From positions 77,068,001 to 77,132,000 of the forward strand of contig NC_058368.1 of assembly GCF_018350175.1 (NCBI RefSeq): DNA of 64,000 bases, given 5' to 3'. The notes beneath the pieces were generated by a model, which was not told the origin of the DNA, searched no databases, and saw only the letters and a list, made by a program, of their open reading frames with translations. The position numbers were made by a program, and so were the translations under genes. Shown in pieces: positions 61,509-64,000 of the stretch. Source of the DNA: Felis catus (lineage: Eukaryota). Within the stretch, counting starts at the first letter, position 1; every line of letters starts with the position of its first letter.

Positions 61509-62739
61509 ATGTCGCTGCAATAATTTAATGCAGAATCCAGTGCGGATTTGCGGAAAGTTTGAGAGAAGGCTAGGTGCCGTATGACGTTCTCAATATTTGC
61601 ATTCTCAAAAGTGTTGTCGTATAGTGGGCTACAAGACGTCTCGAAGGGCATCTCTGTTCGCACCTTCACCCCAACTGTTCGCTTTCATCCATGTAGCTTA
61701 ATCTGAAACATCAGTGTACGTGAATCTCCACAGATTTTTTTCCTCTGACCTTCAAAATCTTTGAAGAAGAGCCTACGATTACGTTTGCTCGTACCTGCCT
61801 GGGCTTAGCACCTTCTCCTGCGTGTGAGTGTCTTGTATCCCCCACGTAACTTAAATCCCTCCTGCTACGCTCTACCTACCTTGGCCCTCCCGCTTGAATG
61901 TGGAGGAAGAATGGCTAGTCACTAATTCTCTCTTTCAAAAAGCCTCTCGACTTGTCCAAGAGTATAACTTGCAGAGCAGAACAGACCTCCTTTGGGGTTT
62001 CCATGCGTTCCAGCCGAGATGACTGGCAACGTGTCAGACACAGGACACCTTAGGTATCGGGATCACTTCCACTGGATATTTATTCTCCCCACTGGGTGTA
62101 TGGCGCTCTAAACAAAGTGTTTCCTGGGAAAGTGATCTTTAGATTCAGTGAGACCAGTGTCACTTAACACACCACCTGAGTTTCAATTGTAGAATATTTG
62201 ACACCACTGAAAGTGATCAAACGAAACCATTCAGAAGAGCCGACACGCCCCTTCTGTGTTTACCCAGCAAGGGAAGCCTAAGTGTGGTGTTGACAGCCCA
62301 TGGCTGTCTCTTCACTGGCTAACTCTGTGCTCGTCTGGAAAGTTCGTTCATTATAGTTTTCGTGATGCCATTGTTTCTCCTTCCGTATATTTAGATAGAA
62401 TGGGCACCTTAACTTTATCTTGTTCAAATGCTTTAACCTTCCTGAAAAGAATTGGTGCTGGCTTATTTGCTGGTTCCTTCTGAGAGGGGAATCCTTTGTT
62501 TAGGACGCATGCAAAGATCCCCTACCCCCAACTCTCAGAATACCAATAGCAGCCATATCGGAGCGAATTCACATAATTCACATTTCTGGTCTTTCCATTT
62601 CACTCCAGTTCACTTCCACCATCCTGTTATGGGATTTAGAATGACTTTTATAAGTTTAGGAAACAACGATCTGTTCTAATTTGCAAACTGAATCTGTTTC
62701 CTCCTGTTACTTTGTTTCCCACTCCCATTTAAGCTGTTA

Positions 62740-62960
62740 GTGGTACGTGAATCAAAACCAACTGACACTACGGAGTCTCTCCATGTGCCAGGCAGGGTTG
62801 TAAAGTGTTTCCAAGAATCACCTAATTCAGTTCCCTTTCCTTAAAAACCATTGCTATGGGGTTGGAGACTGTTCTTGTTCCCTCTTTATTGACACGGAAA
62901 GTCTTTAATTAGAATAAATAACTTGTCCCAAGGTATACAACCAGGTGGTCCACGTTGTGT
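62740..62960 (-). mobile_element. MIR
   Basis: ccatgtgccaggca...taacttgtcccaaggtatacaaccaggtgg. Confidence 0.65.
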
Positions 62961-63003
62961 TCATTGTCTTAGAATAGGGATATATTTGAAAAACAAAAAT
63001 CTC

Positions 63004-63235
63004 GGGGCACCTGGGTGGCGCAGTCGGTTAAGCGTCCGACTTCAGCCAGGTCACGATCTCGCGGTCCGGGAGTTCGAGCCCCGCGTCAGGCTCTGGGCTG
63101 ATGGCTCAGAGCCTGGAGCCTGTTTCCGATTCTGTGTCTCCCTCTCTCTCTGCCCCTCCCCCGTTCATGCTCTGTCTCTCTCTGTCCCAAAAATAAATAA
63201 AAACGTTGGAAAAAAAAAATTAAAAAAAAAAAAAG
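63004..63235 (+). mobile_element. Young felid CAN-SINE
   Basis: TSD aaaaacaaaaatct. Confidence 0.96.
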
Positions 63236-63907
63236 AAAAACAAAAATCTTCAAGGAAACTTAGAAAAGTCGGGGCTTAGATAAGATGGTCAGGAGAATGA
63301 TCAAAACGAGGAGGTCCCCTCTCTGCCCTGGAGAGCAAGATCTCCCTGGGCTGGTAGAGTGGCTGTGCGGAATGGCATGGGGTTAAGAGCAGGATGCTTC
63401 CCCTTCCCCAGGGACTTCTGGGGAGGTGCAAAGCCCTGGACACATGGGAACAAAGAAATGGGCTCAGAGATCCGAGGGCCTCCCACAGCCTAGACATAGC
63501 GGGAAGATTCTTGGGAAACTCAGAAGCACAGGAGACAGAGCAGAGAGCTGAGCCGTTTCACGGCCCACCGTGGACTAACAGCCCATAGTCAGAGGCCATG
63601 GACATCTCAGCGGACACCTGCAGTGACAGGTGACCAAGAGATCCACAAAGCTTTCCCAGGGCTCTCCACCACACGGCTCCCCAGAACTTAGAGCCAACCC
63701 CTAGGGAATATACCATCGACTGCATTTACGATTCTACTGTCCTAGCAGAGCACTGGCTTCAAATGAGAAACTAGGGAGGTACATTTCTTGCACACCTGAT
63801 GCTACGAGCGGTGGGGGGCTGACCTGAATGTGTCTGATGTGTCTGTGTAAAGCGTCTCCCCTACTATAGAACCATTGCTTATAAACGAACTTCCTTTGCT
63901 TTCTTCA

Positions 63908-64000
63908 GTAGAGGAATAAAAACTTTTCCTCCACCCTCTTAGGGTCCCTGGCTTGGTGTGAAATTAGACTGACAAGGGCAGAATCACAGAAGAAAAGCAC
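63908..64000. mobile_element. Possible ERV1-type LTR end (MER34-like), cut by the window edge
   Basis: ttttcctccaccctcttagg...gcagaatcacagaagaaaagca resembles my recollection of MER34-family LTRs. Confidence 0.4.

Noticed and set aside
15500..64000. Excess of minus-strand SINEs (about 18 vs 10) as a sign of + strand transcription
   Set aside because: Counts are too small to be distinguished from chance.

Overview
Mammalian genomic DNA, almost certainly a felid: it carries about 38 tRNA-derived carnivore CAN-SINEs, including near-identical young cat-type copies. Bases 1-~6.8 kb are an old, decayed LINE-1 on the minus strand (ORF2, ORF1, 5' end), punctured by SINEs, a MaLR LTR and a tailless U6 retro-fragment. 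It contains an internal ~750-bp inversion bounded on both sides by (TA)n tracts. Between 7.1 and 15.5 kb are splice-compatible + strand exons that look like the 3' end of a protein-coding gene I cannot name. The rest appears intergenic: SINEs, L1/L2/MIR/MaLR/hAT relics, a probable CR1 relic, a 3x40-bp minisatellite and several repeat-free, motif-rich blocks that may be enhancers. Almost all ORFs in the supplied track are SINE/L1 read-throughs or chance ORFs. I found no bacterial-type, CRISPR or other novel multi-gene system. Repeat family names come from recalled consensus sequences, not from a search; boundaries are approximate unless a TSD is quoted.
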